Positions 26,455 to 39,900 of a stretch of DNA of 64,000 nt are shown piece by piece (position 1 is the first letter of the stretch; every line of letters begins with the position of its first letter). The notes beneath the pieces were generated by a model. The model was not told the origin of the DNA. It searched no databases and saw only the letters and a list, made by a program, of their open reading frames with translations. The DNA lies in the NCBI RefSeq assembly GCF_018977255.1, contig NW_024704762.1, positions 6,634,001 to 6,698,000 of the forward strand, read 5' to 3'. The position numbers and the translations under genes were made by a program. Source of the stretch: Callorhinchus milii. Taxonomy: Eukaryota.

Positions 26455-26790
26455 AGTATAATAATAATAATACTCATAATAATCCTAGCATTTGATTTTG
26501 ATACAGCGCTTTATCATGTCATTGAGACATCTCAAAAGTGCTTCACGGAATATATCGTGAAGTGAATTGACTGTATATTTTTGTGGGCCAAACGCGGGGG
26601 CAATTGCGCAGAGCAGCGTCCCACAAACAGTCATGGATTGAGTGACCAAATGTTTTCTTTTAAGGATTTATTACCCCCCTGGAAAGCGATCCACCATTCG
26701 ACTAACAACCGGGTTTCTACTTACTGCTAGCTAAACAGGCGTGTGGAGTAAGGAAACTTGCCTAAGGTTTCGCCCGACCTGGGAATTTTA
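26455..26790 (-). mobile_element. SINE copy
   Basis: Family tail (ataataatcctagcatttgat...gagacatctcaaa...gtcccacaaacagtc) plus central domain (gtggagtaaggaaacttgcc). Confidence 0.8.
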
Positions 26791-27429
26791 TAAAGCATGA
26801 GGTGGTTGTGTGAAAGCGCAAAGTCCACCGACTACAATAGCCATCTTCAGCACCAAACTGGAGGATTGTTCAACATTGATTCATTTTAAACAAAACTGGG
26901 GTCTCGTTGTGTCTCAATACAGACTAAGAAGGCTGACAATCCACTGGGGGGGAAAAGTGCTATAGTGTGGGAGTTGCGGGCGGAATTGTTAATCCAAAGG
27001 TCCCATCTGGCCTTTCAGGTGGATGTTAAAGACCTTGTGACCCAATTTAAAAAGAGAAGGGAGCTTCTCCCAGTATCCAATTGACATGAAAGGTGCAATA
27101 TAAATGTGTTGTTGTCTGTATCATGCCACTGTTTGGCCAGATTAATGTATTATTTGTCCAATGGTTTGATACCTTCAAAATGACTGCCGTGTTAACCTAC
27201 AAAAAAAAAACAGTCGCTACACTGGACAGTAGTATATAGAAAGATCACAAGATCGGGGTGGGTGAAGGAGCCCCTTTGGGTAGGTTTCCAGCAGAGCAAA
27301 CCACTTCCCATTAGCTCCAACCCTAATAATGAAACACAACAAAAAACGACTTGCTGTTGCCCTTCACCGGGGAGCCCTTGGTGCCGTTCAATGTACGTTT
27401 CATGTCTTTTCAGAGATTAGCTGCTGACA

Positions 27430-30400
27430 ATGTCCACTCAGAAGCAACCGGCCAAGAGTCACAAACCGAAGGAATCTGACAGCGTTAAGGAGTCAGTCAC
27501 CGACATCATCGATCAACTGCAGGACATAGACCCCAGCCGATTATCCTTCTCTCCCTTTCTGGACTTAGACACTCAGATTTCTCTGGCTCCCATCTCTGAT
27601 AGCCCCGAGTCATCTGTTGAGGAACTTCACTCACTCCCTGATGAAAACATAGGGCCTGTGACCGAGCAATCTATTCCAAACGTCAATACTTACCAGCACA
27701 AAACAATGCCCCAGGACGTGCCCTCAAAACACAAGTCTCCTCTGGGGGCTGAGAGTTTGAATATGACCAATGTAAAATTGAAGGGGAATCACACGCTTCC
27801 ATGCGTTGAGGGCAAGAAAAAGAAAATGGCCACCAAGCCTCTCATCGTTACCACAGAAACCTCGTTCTCAACGGATACGAAAGTAGTCAGTTCAGAACCA
27901 TCAGTGGACAAGGCAAGAATCTCTCCACCGCAGACCTCGGTTACCAAGGGGTCAGGGGAGAAGTTAGAAACCCTGGAGCAGACAGATAAATTGCCCAGGC
28001 AGGCTTCAGAAGACCAACCTTTACTCGGTCAGTCACCCGACAGTGAGACCATTGATCTGATCCCCAATGACTCGGAGCCAGGCGAGGTGCTAGAATCCTG
28101 CCCCAAGGAGGGGAACGCAGATGTAAATGAGCGAAAGAAGTCCTGTTGTTGCTATTGCCAGTGCTGCACCCGGGCACACCTTAAAGCGATATTATCCATC
28201 TTCTTCGCTTTGATACTTACACCATGGATCCTCTATGGTCTCTACCTGTTTGTACCTTTTGAGCCACCGCTTTGTCCAGACCTAACCAGCCGGATAACAT
28301 TCACGCTGAGATGCAATGTCATTGCAATCATTCCAATTTTACTGGGTAAGAATTACTTACTTACATCTCCTATTTTTGCATTCTCATATAGACACCAAGA
28401 CTCATTTACGAAGCAGCTTGATGCGTTTAATGGAAAGACGTTGTTAGCGTAGGTATTCTTGAAGGGTGAGATCAAATGGGTTGTGGGGCCACCTTTATCC
28501 ATACTTTCTTGGGATGAAATTGTCGGTTTAGAGGTAAGATGATAATTGGAGGTAAACAATGATTATCTGTCTGTGTCTAATCTGTTAATCTAATGTATCT
28601 ATCAATTGGCTGCGGCGTTTCACCCACAACACACAGTCACTGCACTTGACAGTCTGACCTGTGAAGTGCTTTGAGATATTTCGATGACGTGATAAGGCAC
28701 TATATCAAACGCAAGGATTATTATTATCTATCTGCATTTTCCTGTACCCTGTCCAAGAGTGGTTATGAGGTGCTAGGAAAGTCTCACCAGATATGGGAGC
28801 AAGTTTAAGTCTCGTATGGTTGTTGCCTATATAAAGAGTCATCAAGAATGTGTTAAAGGAAAGGAAACAAAAAAGGAAATTGACCTTCTGGAGGTAACTT
28901 TAGCAACAGAGGAGATGTAACAGAGATGAGGTGCAATGTAACATTTCCTTAGGTGGTGAAAATCAGGAACCCGTTAGTTATTTCGCAAACTCCGTTCTGC
29001 TGCGTCAGATGGTGCAGTGATTTTCTGCGCGTAGAGGATTGCGTTGACTTCATTAAAAATGGTGGAAGAAACTATATCACGGTAAGTTCGGATTCGGAAG
29101 ATATTCCTGGTTGAAAACACAGTCCATTTGAGGAAGGAAGTAAAGAATCCAAAATACCAATGGGTCCATATTAATCTCTAGTTATTCCCTGCCCCAAATG
29201 GTTGAGCCCTCACCTGTTGCCTGGCTGAACAACCAGCTGTCCCCTTCCCCAACTCCACTTACAGTAATAAAGCCAGTATAAATGGACCAGTTTGTATGAT
29301 AGTGATAATGATGATGAAAAGTCTCGAAGACGTGATAAGGCGCGATATCAAATGCAACGATTATTATTTATGATTATTATCTTGATCTAATTCCTGCCCG
29401 ACAATGGGTTCCTAACATAATGATGGTGTTCGCCACCATAGTACAGAGTAAGAATGAGCTTAACACTATTTATGACAGACCCAGAAGCTTTATCCCTACT
29501 TTAACTTCTAGTCCAGCCTCAGAATAAGCCAAATCAAACTGTGATTGCCATCAGTAGAGCAGAAAATACAGGTCACCACTGAATCAACCCTCCTGTGCAG
29601 GCACCAGCTGTTGTTCCCTGACCAGCACCAGTCGGCCCAATGCATTGACTCGGCTTCTGTTGTCTCAACTCAATAAATATCATTACCTGAGCCCTGGATA
29701 ATATTAATAATAATAATAATCCTTGCATTTGATATAGCGCCTTATCACGCCTGTCTCCGAGATGTCTCAAATTGCTTCACAGAATATACAGTAGTGAATT
29801 GACTGACCGAATTATTATTTATTTATCTATTTATAAATATTTTTTGATCGATTTATAACTATTTATTGATAGATTTAGAAATATTTATTGATAGATTTAG
29901 AAATATTTATTTATAAATTTATATATTTAAATATAAATATATACGCATCAACATACAGGAGGGATACGATAAATAAATATAAATAAACTTATTTATAAAT
30001 ATAATTATTTATAAACATTGAGACACTATGTAAACTATTATTGGCAGTAAAATTGAACGAAGCATCTTGTGTTACTAAGTCGGTTTCATTTGCTCAGTCC
30101 ACTTCAAAGTAAGTTTCCCTTTTTGTCAAGTACAGAATATCACCAACGTGTGTTGTCCCCTCTCATAATAATAATAATAATCCTTGCATTTGACAGAGCA
30201 CTTTTCACGTCGGGAGGACGTCCCAAAGCGCTTCACAGAACACACTGTAAAGTGAATTGACTGTATATTTGTGGGCGAACGCGGCAGCCAAATGCGCACA
30301 GCAACGTCCCACAAACAGTCATGGATTGAAAATGACCAATTTATTATTGTTTTGGGTTTTTGGAGGGATTATTATTAGGCTCTGTGTGGAGTAAGGAAAC

Positions 30401-33242
30401 TTGCCCGAGGTTTCGCCCTCTGCCGGGGATTGAACTCGGGTCTCTCGCTTGCAAAGCGAGTGCTCTAACCACTGTCTCATGCCTTATACAGTAATTGTTT
30501 CATCCTAGTTGTAGTAATGAAGGAACTTGAAGTATTTCACAGCTGTTCCTGCTGTTACTGCCATATCCGCAAGATGCCTGACATAAATCACCCACCGCAG
30601 AGCCTGATTGAAGAAAGGGTGGCAGGCAGCTCAGAGAGCCAATTCATTCTTACAGCTGAGGGATTGCTACCTTTTTAATCAGACAGGGGTAAAAAATGTG
30701 GCCTGTATAAAAAAAAGACAAGGTGGTCTCCCCAATAGTTCTCCGAGAGCTCGTTGTGTTTCAGTTTTAAGGAATATTTCTGCAGGAAATGTGGTGTTAT
30801 GTTCCTGTATCTATCTGAACAGAATTGAATGACCATTCCAACGCGAATACCAGGCAGGGGTTTAACGTAGTTGGGAGTAAATGATGCGTGTGACATTAAT
30901 TGTAGTCAATTAGCCGTGAATGGCACAGAGATCCCGAGAGGTTGCGGAGTAACTGAACAGGCTGGTAATGTTATCCATCTCACTGGATCTCACTGTCCAG
31001 TGAGATCAGTAACTTTCATCTTCCCGTGAGCACTGCGTGGCTTAAACGGATTAACAAGCGAATGGAAAAGAATTGTCCCAATCAGGGAGATTGTGCCCCT
31101 TCTGTATCCTGCGACCTTGTACTTTACCGGTGCGTATTTATGATCGACTGAAATAAAAATCATGAAAATCAATTTTTAAAAACTTTGCATTTGATTATAG
31201 TGACCTCACGTCAGGATGTCTCAAAGTGCTTCCCAGCATTTACGATAAAGTGTAGTGACTGGGTTATTTTGTACGATGTGCCACATTTCTACCAACAGTG
31301 ACATACAAGTAAGAACCTGCCTGCCATAGTTATCTGCTCCAAGTGGAATTAGAATAATAATGCTTGCATTTAAAATAGTGTCCTATCACATCGAGATGTC
31401 TCAAAGCACTTCACAGAATATACTGGGGGACAGTGAGCAAAAGTGTAGTATGTGTCTAAAAGAAAAATTAACGTTGAGAGTATTTCAATAGCAATTCAAA
31501 GAAAGAAAATTTGATTGCTACTTATTTGGTGAAGAATTTAATTGAAGGTTATGAGATGGAGTCATTGTTTTCTTTTAACAAATATCTTGTTATTTTCCAG
31601 TGGCATTGGACAGATTAACTGGTTTTGTTTTAGTTCTGTACAGTCCAAAAAATGTTTTATAATAATCCTTGCATTTATTATAATAATCCTTGCATTTGAT
31701 ATAGAACCTTTTCATGTAATCGTTGGGCAAAACACGATTTATCACATCAAAACGCTTCTAAGCAGTTTTCTATAAATTGTAGTGTCTATGTATTGGTTTT
31801 AATCCAATTTGGTTTATTCTAGGTGTGTTGATGGGCTCTCTGTCCCGCCTGTGCTCTCCCACCATTGGACCCCTGGACAGCAACGTTCGTGCTGTTCTTA
31901 TACATCAGAGATACATTGGAAATTCCATCGAACAGTTTACCATCTATTGCCTCAATATGCTGGTGATGACAACCTATTTACGCCAGGACCAGTTGAAGAT
32001 CATTCCTATATTGGCAGGTCTCTTTGCCGTGGCAAGGTGATGTACTCGTAACGTTAACGCATTCTCTGGAACTGAAGCTGCAAAACACTCCAATTAGATT
32101 CATTTGTTACTAGTTGATCTAATCTCTAGTTTAAATGATTTAATCTGCCCGCTGCAAGAAGTTAATCCGTTCAAGAAGAATAGGCAATTGTAAGTGTTAT
32201 ATCATAATCCTTGCATGTGAAATAGGGCCTTATCGCGTTGTTGAGACGACTCAAAGCACTTCACAGGACGTGCAACGAAACGGGAATGACGTGTCCCTTA
32301 GAGCTGCGGCAGAATGAAGCCTTAGCATTTGTTAAACGACTCGTTAAAATGGGAATTTGGAATAAATGCATCACAAGAATCCACAAACAGATCGCATGCC
32401 AATCCAACGCATGGTTGTCATATTATTCTCGGCACACAAAACCATGGGAGAGTAAAAGAAAGATTTTGTGGTTGTTCGTTCTTAGTAACGTCTTTAGTTT
32501 TATTCAAACTAGATTGAGCATTTGGGAATGTAGAATAACGCGATTTACATTCCTGAATTATCGAACAGGAATTAATGCTCGTACATCCGTGAGGCTGTGT
32601 CACACTTTTGATTTCCGGCTCACGGCTTTTTGCTGAACAGAAATCCGAGTAGAGCAGCGATCTCAACAACTGGCAATTGAAAGCTGCGCATCGCAAAGCA
32701 GAAGTCAAATGCCCAATGCAACACAGCTTAATGGATGTTAGCAGTGAGAAGCAGTCAGGAGGCAGCCTGAAACACATCTGGACTTGAGTCTTTCATCTTC
32801 CTTTAAATCACAAGTTCCCTGCCTCATGCCAGTTTCAATAATCATTCTCACCTAAAGCTCGCCCACAAGGTACACAGTACACAGTCGCTCCACTCTACTA
32901 TAGCTTTGAAACGTCTCAGTGACGCGATAAGGTGCTATATCATGCAAGGATTATAATAAACCCAGGCACGAAAATGCAACACACACGCACATATTACCGC
33001 GCGAAGACACTAATACAATTTCTGTACATCTCTGCAGGTTGCTATACTGGGTTGCAGCTGGCCTGAGCAGTGCCTATCGGGGATTCGGATTTGGGTTAAC
33101 GTTTTTCCCTACCCTGGCAATGGTGGCTTACAATCTGTACTGTATGTACGAGCTGGGACTCGATCACCATTTCGGGCCACTCGAAAACAAAACCACGCAA
33201 TCCCCAGGTTCGAGCAGGAGCTGGTGGAATTTGGGAGGGTGA
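27430..33242 (+). CDS. TMEM79: Transmembrane protein 79-like (mattrin family), 3 coding exons, 444 aa
   Basis: Exons 27430-28345, 31823-32036, 33038-33242 are in phase. A long low-complexity N-terminus is followed by a Cys cluster and TM motifs PWILYGLYLFVPFEPPLCPDLTSRITFTLRC, IHQRYIGNSIEQF, LKIIPILAGLFAVARLLYW, YRGFGFGLTFFP. It may be a paralogue rather than the 1:1 orthologue. Confidence 0.88.
29810..30015. repeat. AT-rich low-complexity tract with 22-bp tandem duplication
   Basis: (atttattgatagatttagaaat)x2 within a very A/T-rich stretch of TMEM79 intron 1. Confidence 0.7.
30165..30476 (-). mobile_element. Near full-length tRNA-derived SINE (representative of >25 copies or fragments in the window)
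   Basis: Minus strand: tRNA-like head cagtggttagagcactcgctttgcaagcgagagacccgagttcaatcccc, central domain, L2-type tail and (TTA)n. Other copies or fragments lie near 1985, 3180, 3450, 5900, 7040, 7460, 8140, 12950, 13510, 16375, 21650, 23655, 28610, 29705, 38015, 38790, 41495, 42120, 56945 and 63580. Confidence 0.88.
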
Positions 33243-33948
33243 AGCAACCTCTGGAGCAGGGGCCAAGACTGCGTTCTGTGTGAGGTATTCTCCACTGAAG
33301 ACCCTAGGAGACGGCCATTTATACCTACCTGTTATATTGCCTTTGGTAACCCTCCTACTCCTACCCTCCCCCACCTCCACCCCTCCTGATCCCAACCACC
33401 AGCTCGGGTGTGGATCCCTGACTGTCCAGCGCCTTGGGATGTTCTCCTGATGTGAAAGGCACCGTGTAAATGTAAATTGTTCTTGTTTGTCGCAGTGTAG
33501 AGAAGCTCCCACTGGCGGCTAAAACGTACTGTTAGGTGACTGTTTGAGAGGAATTCATCTTGTAGAACTCGTTTTACTGAAACCGAGACTCCCTCATTCT
33601 CATCTTCATTTCCTAAAATGCAAGTCTGTACAATGTGAACACCTACCCGACCTCATTTCATTCTACAGAAGCCAAATCACTGCACATTTGTGAGAACACT
33701 TATCAGTAAATGGGCAGAGGCTTAAACATATTGTTGTTCTCTCTTCGGTCTCGAACCGGAGAGTTCAGCTACTATGTTATATTTATGCCCATATAATAGA
33801 ATAGAGAAACTGGTGTATTTTAGACCACGTTTCAGCCCCGAGACTGGATAATCCACCTGAAGTGGAGGTAAAGTTATATACACGATTATTTTAAATTTGG
33901 ATGAAAATGAACACTACTGACTGCATCAGCATTTTTAAATTTACTGGT

Positions 33949-36900
33949 TTAATGATCCCGCTGTGGCTCCAACCGTGTGATAAAGTACGTTGATTCCGTC
34001 TCGCTGCTTCCGGTTCCTTCGTCCACTTGCTCTCCCTGTGCCTGGAGTTGTGTTCTCTCTAAACTTTCGACTGGGGAGGTGGTGACCATTACGGTCTGCT
34101 GGTCGCTCAGACGGTACATCAACCACGACAGTGACGTGATGCCGCACATCACGGCCACGGGAGCTCCAATCAGGATGGCAACCATCACCGCAATTTTGTG
34201 ATGCTCCCTGGAGGAGTTGACCGGATCGCTTATCCCCGAATGTTTGGGATAAACGGGAGGCGAGCAGGAACGTCGCTTTTCATCGTAATTAGAAAACGGA
34301 GGACACGCTATGCAGTTATTTACAGAGTTACCACTACAAGAGTAACAGGACGAATGGCAAGGAACACAGACATTTACGGAGATGCTTCTGTTAAGGTTGT
34401 TCTTGGCTAGAGTCCTTGTGACATTATAATAGCGTGGAGGGCAGTAAGTGACGCACAGATGTCCAAAGATGAAGAAAGGACCTTCGCATTCTAGGGGTAA
34501 ATGAGAACCAGAAAAATCACGTTAGAAAAAGAAACTATTTGCAATTTAAAAGAAACATAATTTCTTACATTCTTATATCTCGTAGTACTTTGCTTTTAGG
34601 GATTTTAATCATTCCCAGATAAGTTATAAAAAAGCAACTAACTATTAATTCACCGGATAATCAGGCACTGCTCTCAGCCCTCCAGTCCAGGTAGGTGCAG
34701 GTTCCGGTATTTAATACATATCTGCTGCATAAATGACATTACTTGTTGCATTGGAGATGACACCAAATGTGTCACTCATCACGTGATGCACAAAACAAGA
34801 GGCCAGAAAATTGCGGAGGCTTATTGTCAGTACCTTCAGGGTGAGTCATTCCTTCGGCCTCATGTAATATACAATCAGTACATTCAGCGAGCTGCACTTC
34901 TAGGTCTGGTTGTATGTTGATACATATAACAATCAGGTGCCCCAAATCCCATAGTTAGAAGTGATCATAGAAGTAAAGGGTTGGATCCTGATTAATGCAT
35001 CAGTAGTTTGAAGAGAAGCATTATATCAGTGTTGCTCTAAAGCAGCAAAGATAATGGTCTGCAGCAAGGTCAACTACAGGAAGGTCACCTCATAACCGCG
35101 ACTAAGACTGCTGTAAATAATGAATGTTAACTGATAGTTATTCTACAATTAATCATCAGTAGTAATTAAGGAACAGAATCTATTCTATTCACAAGCCATT
35201 TAATTGACATTTGCTTAACAAATGTTGCATTTTATGCCACTTCTACAATTTGCTTAAACATGATTTTGGAACTACCGCAACCATATAGGAACATTCAGCA
35301 GGAACCTGCATTGCCCATATTGTGTGATTCTAACTCTGGACACGTAAACAAGCAAGAATCTGGCAATGACTAATTGTATGCAACAGCTACCCAAGTGCAA
35401 TAATTAAATGACTGGACATGTGCGAAAAGGAACCAATTTCAATTGTCTTGACTACCTGGGGTTGAAACCTCAATATTTGCTACCTGGAGTCAAAAACAAC
35501 TTACCAGTAACCTGAATTCCACTTTGGAAGTACAGAAGGACCCTGTTACAACAGAATTAATTATAATGTGGCTTTGCTTATATTGTTGGGTTGTGAATCC
35601 CAACATCCACTTACCAGAAAATCTGAAGAGCATGCAACAACAATAAGATTACATTTGTATAACACCTTTCACGTCGGGAGGCCATCCAGCTGCACAAAGC
35701 AACTGGTGCGGGTCTAAACATTGACCGGTTTCTCAGCAATTGAAAAATGACCAACCTCCAAATCATCAGGTTGTTGCTATTTTCCCCATCGGTGGTGACC
35801 TGATGATATGTCAGCCAGTTGTGGTTCAGACATAACCCAGCTTTCAAACAAGCTGCAGAAGCACTTAACAGTGATCGTGCCCCGTTATTGAACAGGTTTG
35901 GGACTTTGTAGATCTCCAGTACCTGATTATACACGTGGCAGCATGGCATATTGTGTTGAAGCTCCATTCCAAGGGGTTTGATGTGACACACGCTCCTACA
36001 GGAGTCTCCATTTGCAATTCCAAGTAGCAAATATTGTGGTTTAGGCCTCAGAGTCACATTGTACACGACTGTGCTTGTAATCATGCAATTGGTAGCATTA
36101 GCTCTGCTTTGCTGTGTGCTGGACAGTCTATCATTAACGCTGGAGTTTTCCTATATAGCTGAGCATTTTAGATGCCTTTTCAGTGTTCTTCATGATCTTT
36201 TACTCTGTATGGTATGAGTTTTATCCATTGCTGTTTTTCAAAATTTAAGATTTTCTCAGAATTATAATGTTTGGTTTTGCTGTTCATTTATAGAGATATA
36301 AAAGAAAAGTCTGTTTCTAAGTCTATGTTTAAGGGCAGACACATTATCTCTTATTCCAGAAAAAAATGTGATGATCACTTCTCAAGTGATCTTTTCAGAA
36401 GCGTATCTCAAGTTGGAACTCTTCTTCCAACTATGCATTTCCTTTCTAGAAAGATTAAAAGTCTAGGTGTTAAAAGACCACTAGTAGGTGGAAAGGAATT
36501 TCTTGATTTCAGCAATGTCCCAGCACAAACAAACATGTATTTTCTGCTTTACAAAGTCAAATAAACCTTGGAATAATTTAAGCTTTTAGACCCCAACAAA
36601 TGTCTGACATTACAGATCCACCAGAAACCAAGCAGTAAATCCATTACAGCAGAATGCCAGTTATCTGAACGACAATTATCCACATCAGTTTATGCACATC
36701 AGGCTTCCATTTAGAAGTGGACACGAGGCTTTGAGGTACCGGCATCAAAAAAGCCTGCGCACAAATGTGAAGTTGTGATGCTCATAGGACAAGATTTATC
36801 CAGAGGGCAACTTTTTCCAACTGCAATTTTTTATGGGTGGGGGGGGGTTAGGAAAGGATGAGAAAGAAACAGGGTGCAGAGAGAACTCGGGGGGGGGGGG

Positions 36901-39900
36901 GGGCAGAGAGGGGCTGCCCAATGGGTACTATAATAGCTGTAGTAACACCTGATGGAAAAATGTTTGGTTAACACTTTTAACCAATCTATATAATACGAGA
37001 TGGCCAATTATCCACAAAGTTTACTTATCCACAATGGGAGCTCCCAGTCAACAACAACAACTTAGATTTATATAGCGCCCTTCACGCCGGGCTAAGTCTC
37101 AGAGCGCTTCACAGTAATGGATCCCAGGGCCGAGCCAGGGGGAGGGGGAGGGGGAGGAAGGGGACCAAAGGCACGGTCAAAAGTCTTCAGCAGGGACCTG
37201 AAAATAGGGAGAGGGGGCGAGGTGAAGGGAGTGAGGAAGGGAATTCCAGAGCCTCGGTCAGTAAGTGCGAATAATCAGCACCTCACAGACGAGGTTCATA
37301 GACAACAATTAGAAGCACTTGTTGGGCACTTCACCTGAACTGCTTGATGCATTACCATCCTTGCCACTTACCTCGTAGCTATAAAACTATAATTTCCTCA
37401 TCACAGGACTACTCTCTCAGTTGTGACATTATCTGAACTCCTGTACTGTGTTACAGCCTTGTCAAGCACTCCTGGCCAACTGTTAGTCTAGATGTAATAG
37501 AGAAAGTGCTGGTAACGTGAGAGTAGTGAACTAGCTACAGAATTCTACACACTGAGGAGTTAGAGGTTTCCGTTAGGTGTGTTTAGAGATTGTGGTGGAA
37601 TCGCATTACATTAGATGGACATTACACAAGTTCTCAGACTTTGGTGGGGTTGTTTTGATTAACACACATGTATGAGAATGTAGAATTCTTTACTTACCTT
37701 CACAGATTCCATTCTCGTTCCATTTCTTACAGTCACTGATCACTGCATCAGTTATGCGTCTTGCCATCATGTTTTCATCAGTGCCGTATAACTGCAGCAC
37801 AAAGTAGGTCAGAACCCCTGCAGGGGAGAGATTGCACATCAGCTGCTGAGATCCCACTTCTATTACACCTCAAGCAGAGAACCTCTCTGTATTCCATTAT
37901 CCACTCAGTTATATTTATAAATTCATACATAGGTGTGATATGCCGTAAGTTTACTTTATATTAAGGGTGTACTGAGACCACCCAACTGCTGCTCAGAAGA
38001 CTTTCTGCCACGAGTAATAATCCTTGCATTTGATATAGCACCTTATCACATATTCAAGACGTCCCAAAGCACTTCACAGAATATACTGTGAAGTGCATTG
38101 ACTGTATATTTTTGGGGCAAAACTGGGATCAAAGTAAAAAAAATACAGTCAAGAATAGCCTCAGGAACTGAATATCTTAATGACTTGGCACAAAGTCAAG
38201 TCTCCAGCCAAGTGATACTTTTGCTGTGTTTAGGAAAGTTATAAATAAATACTATTAGTGATGGTTGGTATTCAGTCAAGCGTGAACTATCAAGAACAGG
38301 CATTACTTTTTTGAATAACTGTCAAAAACAGAAATTTGGAGCACTGAAATTATTAAGACTATTTTAGCTACCATTTGTATAGCATAAAAAATACTTTAAT
38401 TCCCCACATCTAAAATCAGTGACAACTGAAGGACCATCAACTTGTAAGAAAATAAAAAGGTCAGTTCTCCTCCCCTCTTGCTAGGATGGAAAGGTAAAGT
38501 GGCCAAGCGATAAATCATGTTCTTAGTGTGTTTAGATTTAATACTCAAAGTAATGACCTTCACTCCCTCCCGCAAAAAGGTTTTAAACCCACCAGTGTTT
38601 GTGAAATCCCCTTTATTCTCAATTTCCAGCGTCCACAAGCCTTTGGGGTCTTCATCCCAGGAGTGTGTCGTCATGAAGGTCCAGTCTCTGTACCCTTGGG
38701 ATGAGGTGTCGTAAGGTCTACAGAAAACCACAAAACAAAGATACTGGGTGTGCTCATTTAGTCCCAGGGAATCTCATACCTAATTAATAATAACATTCCT
38801 TGCATTTGATATAGCGCCTTAGAGTCTTTGAGACATCTCAAAGGCCTTCACAGAATATACTGTAAAGTGAATTGACTGTATATTTTGTCGGCAAAACTTA
38901 AAACAAAATCCACATGCACTAGATACTTCATATCTACGACCATTTCATTCGGTTATCGACTTGACACAACATGACCATACCGTCTACTGCAACCGTTTTG
39001 AACTTGGTGCAGAATCACTATTGTGACTAATGTATTCTAAACATCTTTACTCCAAACTAACCAGCAGAGGTCTACTCCTCTCAGGTGTGCAAATAGCAGT
39101 CATTTCTCTCTTGTAAATGGATACAACATGCCCTGCAAGCAGGGCAGAGTCCCAGAGCGCTAAAACCACTTCATACCTTACGTCAACCAACTTGGAGCGA
39201 GTTCCTCCGGGGCTGATGAGGGATATCACCAGATCTCCCCTGCGACTGTACGCCAGTGAAATTTGAGCCTGCACATGCTCAAGCGACCGGATGTAATTTT
39301 TAGTTCCCAAACAAGCGCTGACCACGTTCTTCCTGATAGTAAGCTTTCCGGAGATAACTCTGGAACAACAGCAGCGGCATTAATATTGGATAAACATAGA
39401 AATCATTTGAGAATAAAATAGATTACACTTCATACTTAAGCATTTCTATGACTGAAGTAATTATAATAATTATCGTTGCAAGTGAACGTCTCAAACTGCT
39501 TCACAAATAATTCTGTCAAGTGGTAGAGACTATTTGAGGACAGACACAGCAGCCAATCTGATTTGCAAATGGCAAGATCCTACAAACAGTCATGAAATAA
39601 ATGACCAGTTTATCTGGAGGACTTTTGGCCAGGACGCCAGAGAATCTTAAACACCCACCTCAGCCAGTTAAAATTGTATATATTGAACAACAATAAGTCC
39701 ATTTTGCATGGACGCGCTTACTGTGGGGATTTAATAACCTCGATGGAGCATTTCCTCTGTGGACGCACCGTCAGCCATTTTGTGGCTAAATCCACTAGAC
39801 GTCCAGCATCCAGTAGTCCATACCCATAATGGTGGCTCACTGAAAATAATGAATCAGAACACAAGTTATAACATTTCGCTATCCAGTTAAGAGGATTTCA

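Noticed and set aside
35505-35542. Possible extra PCSK4 exon with AG/GTAAGT boundaries
   Set aside because: At 38 nt it would frameshift, and the flanking exons already join in phase.
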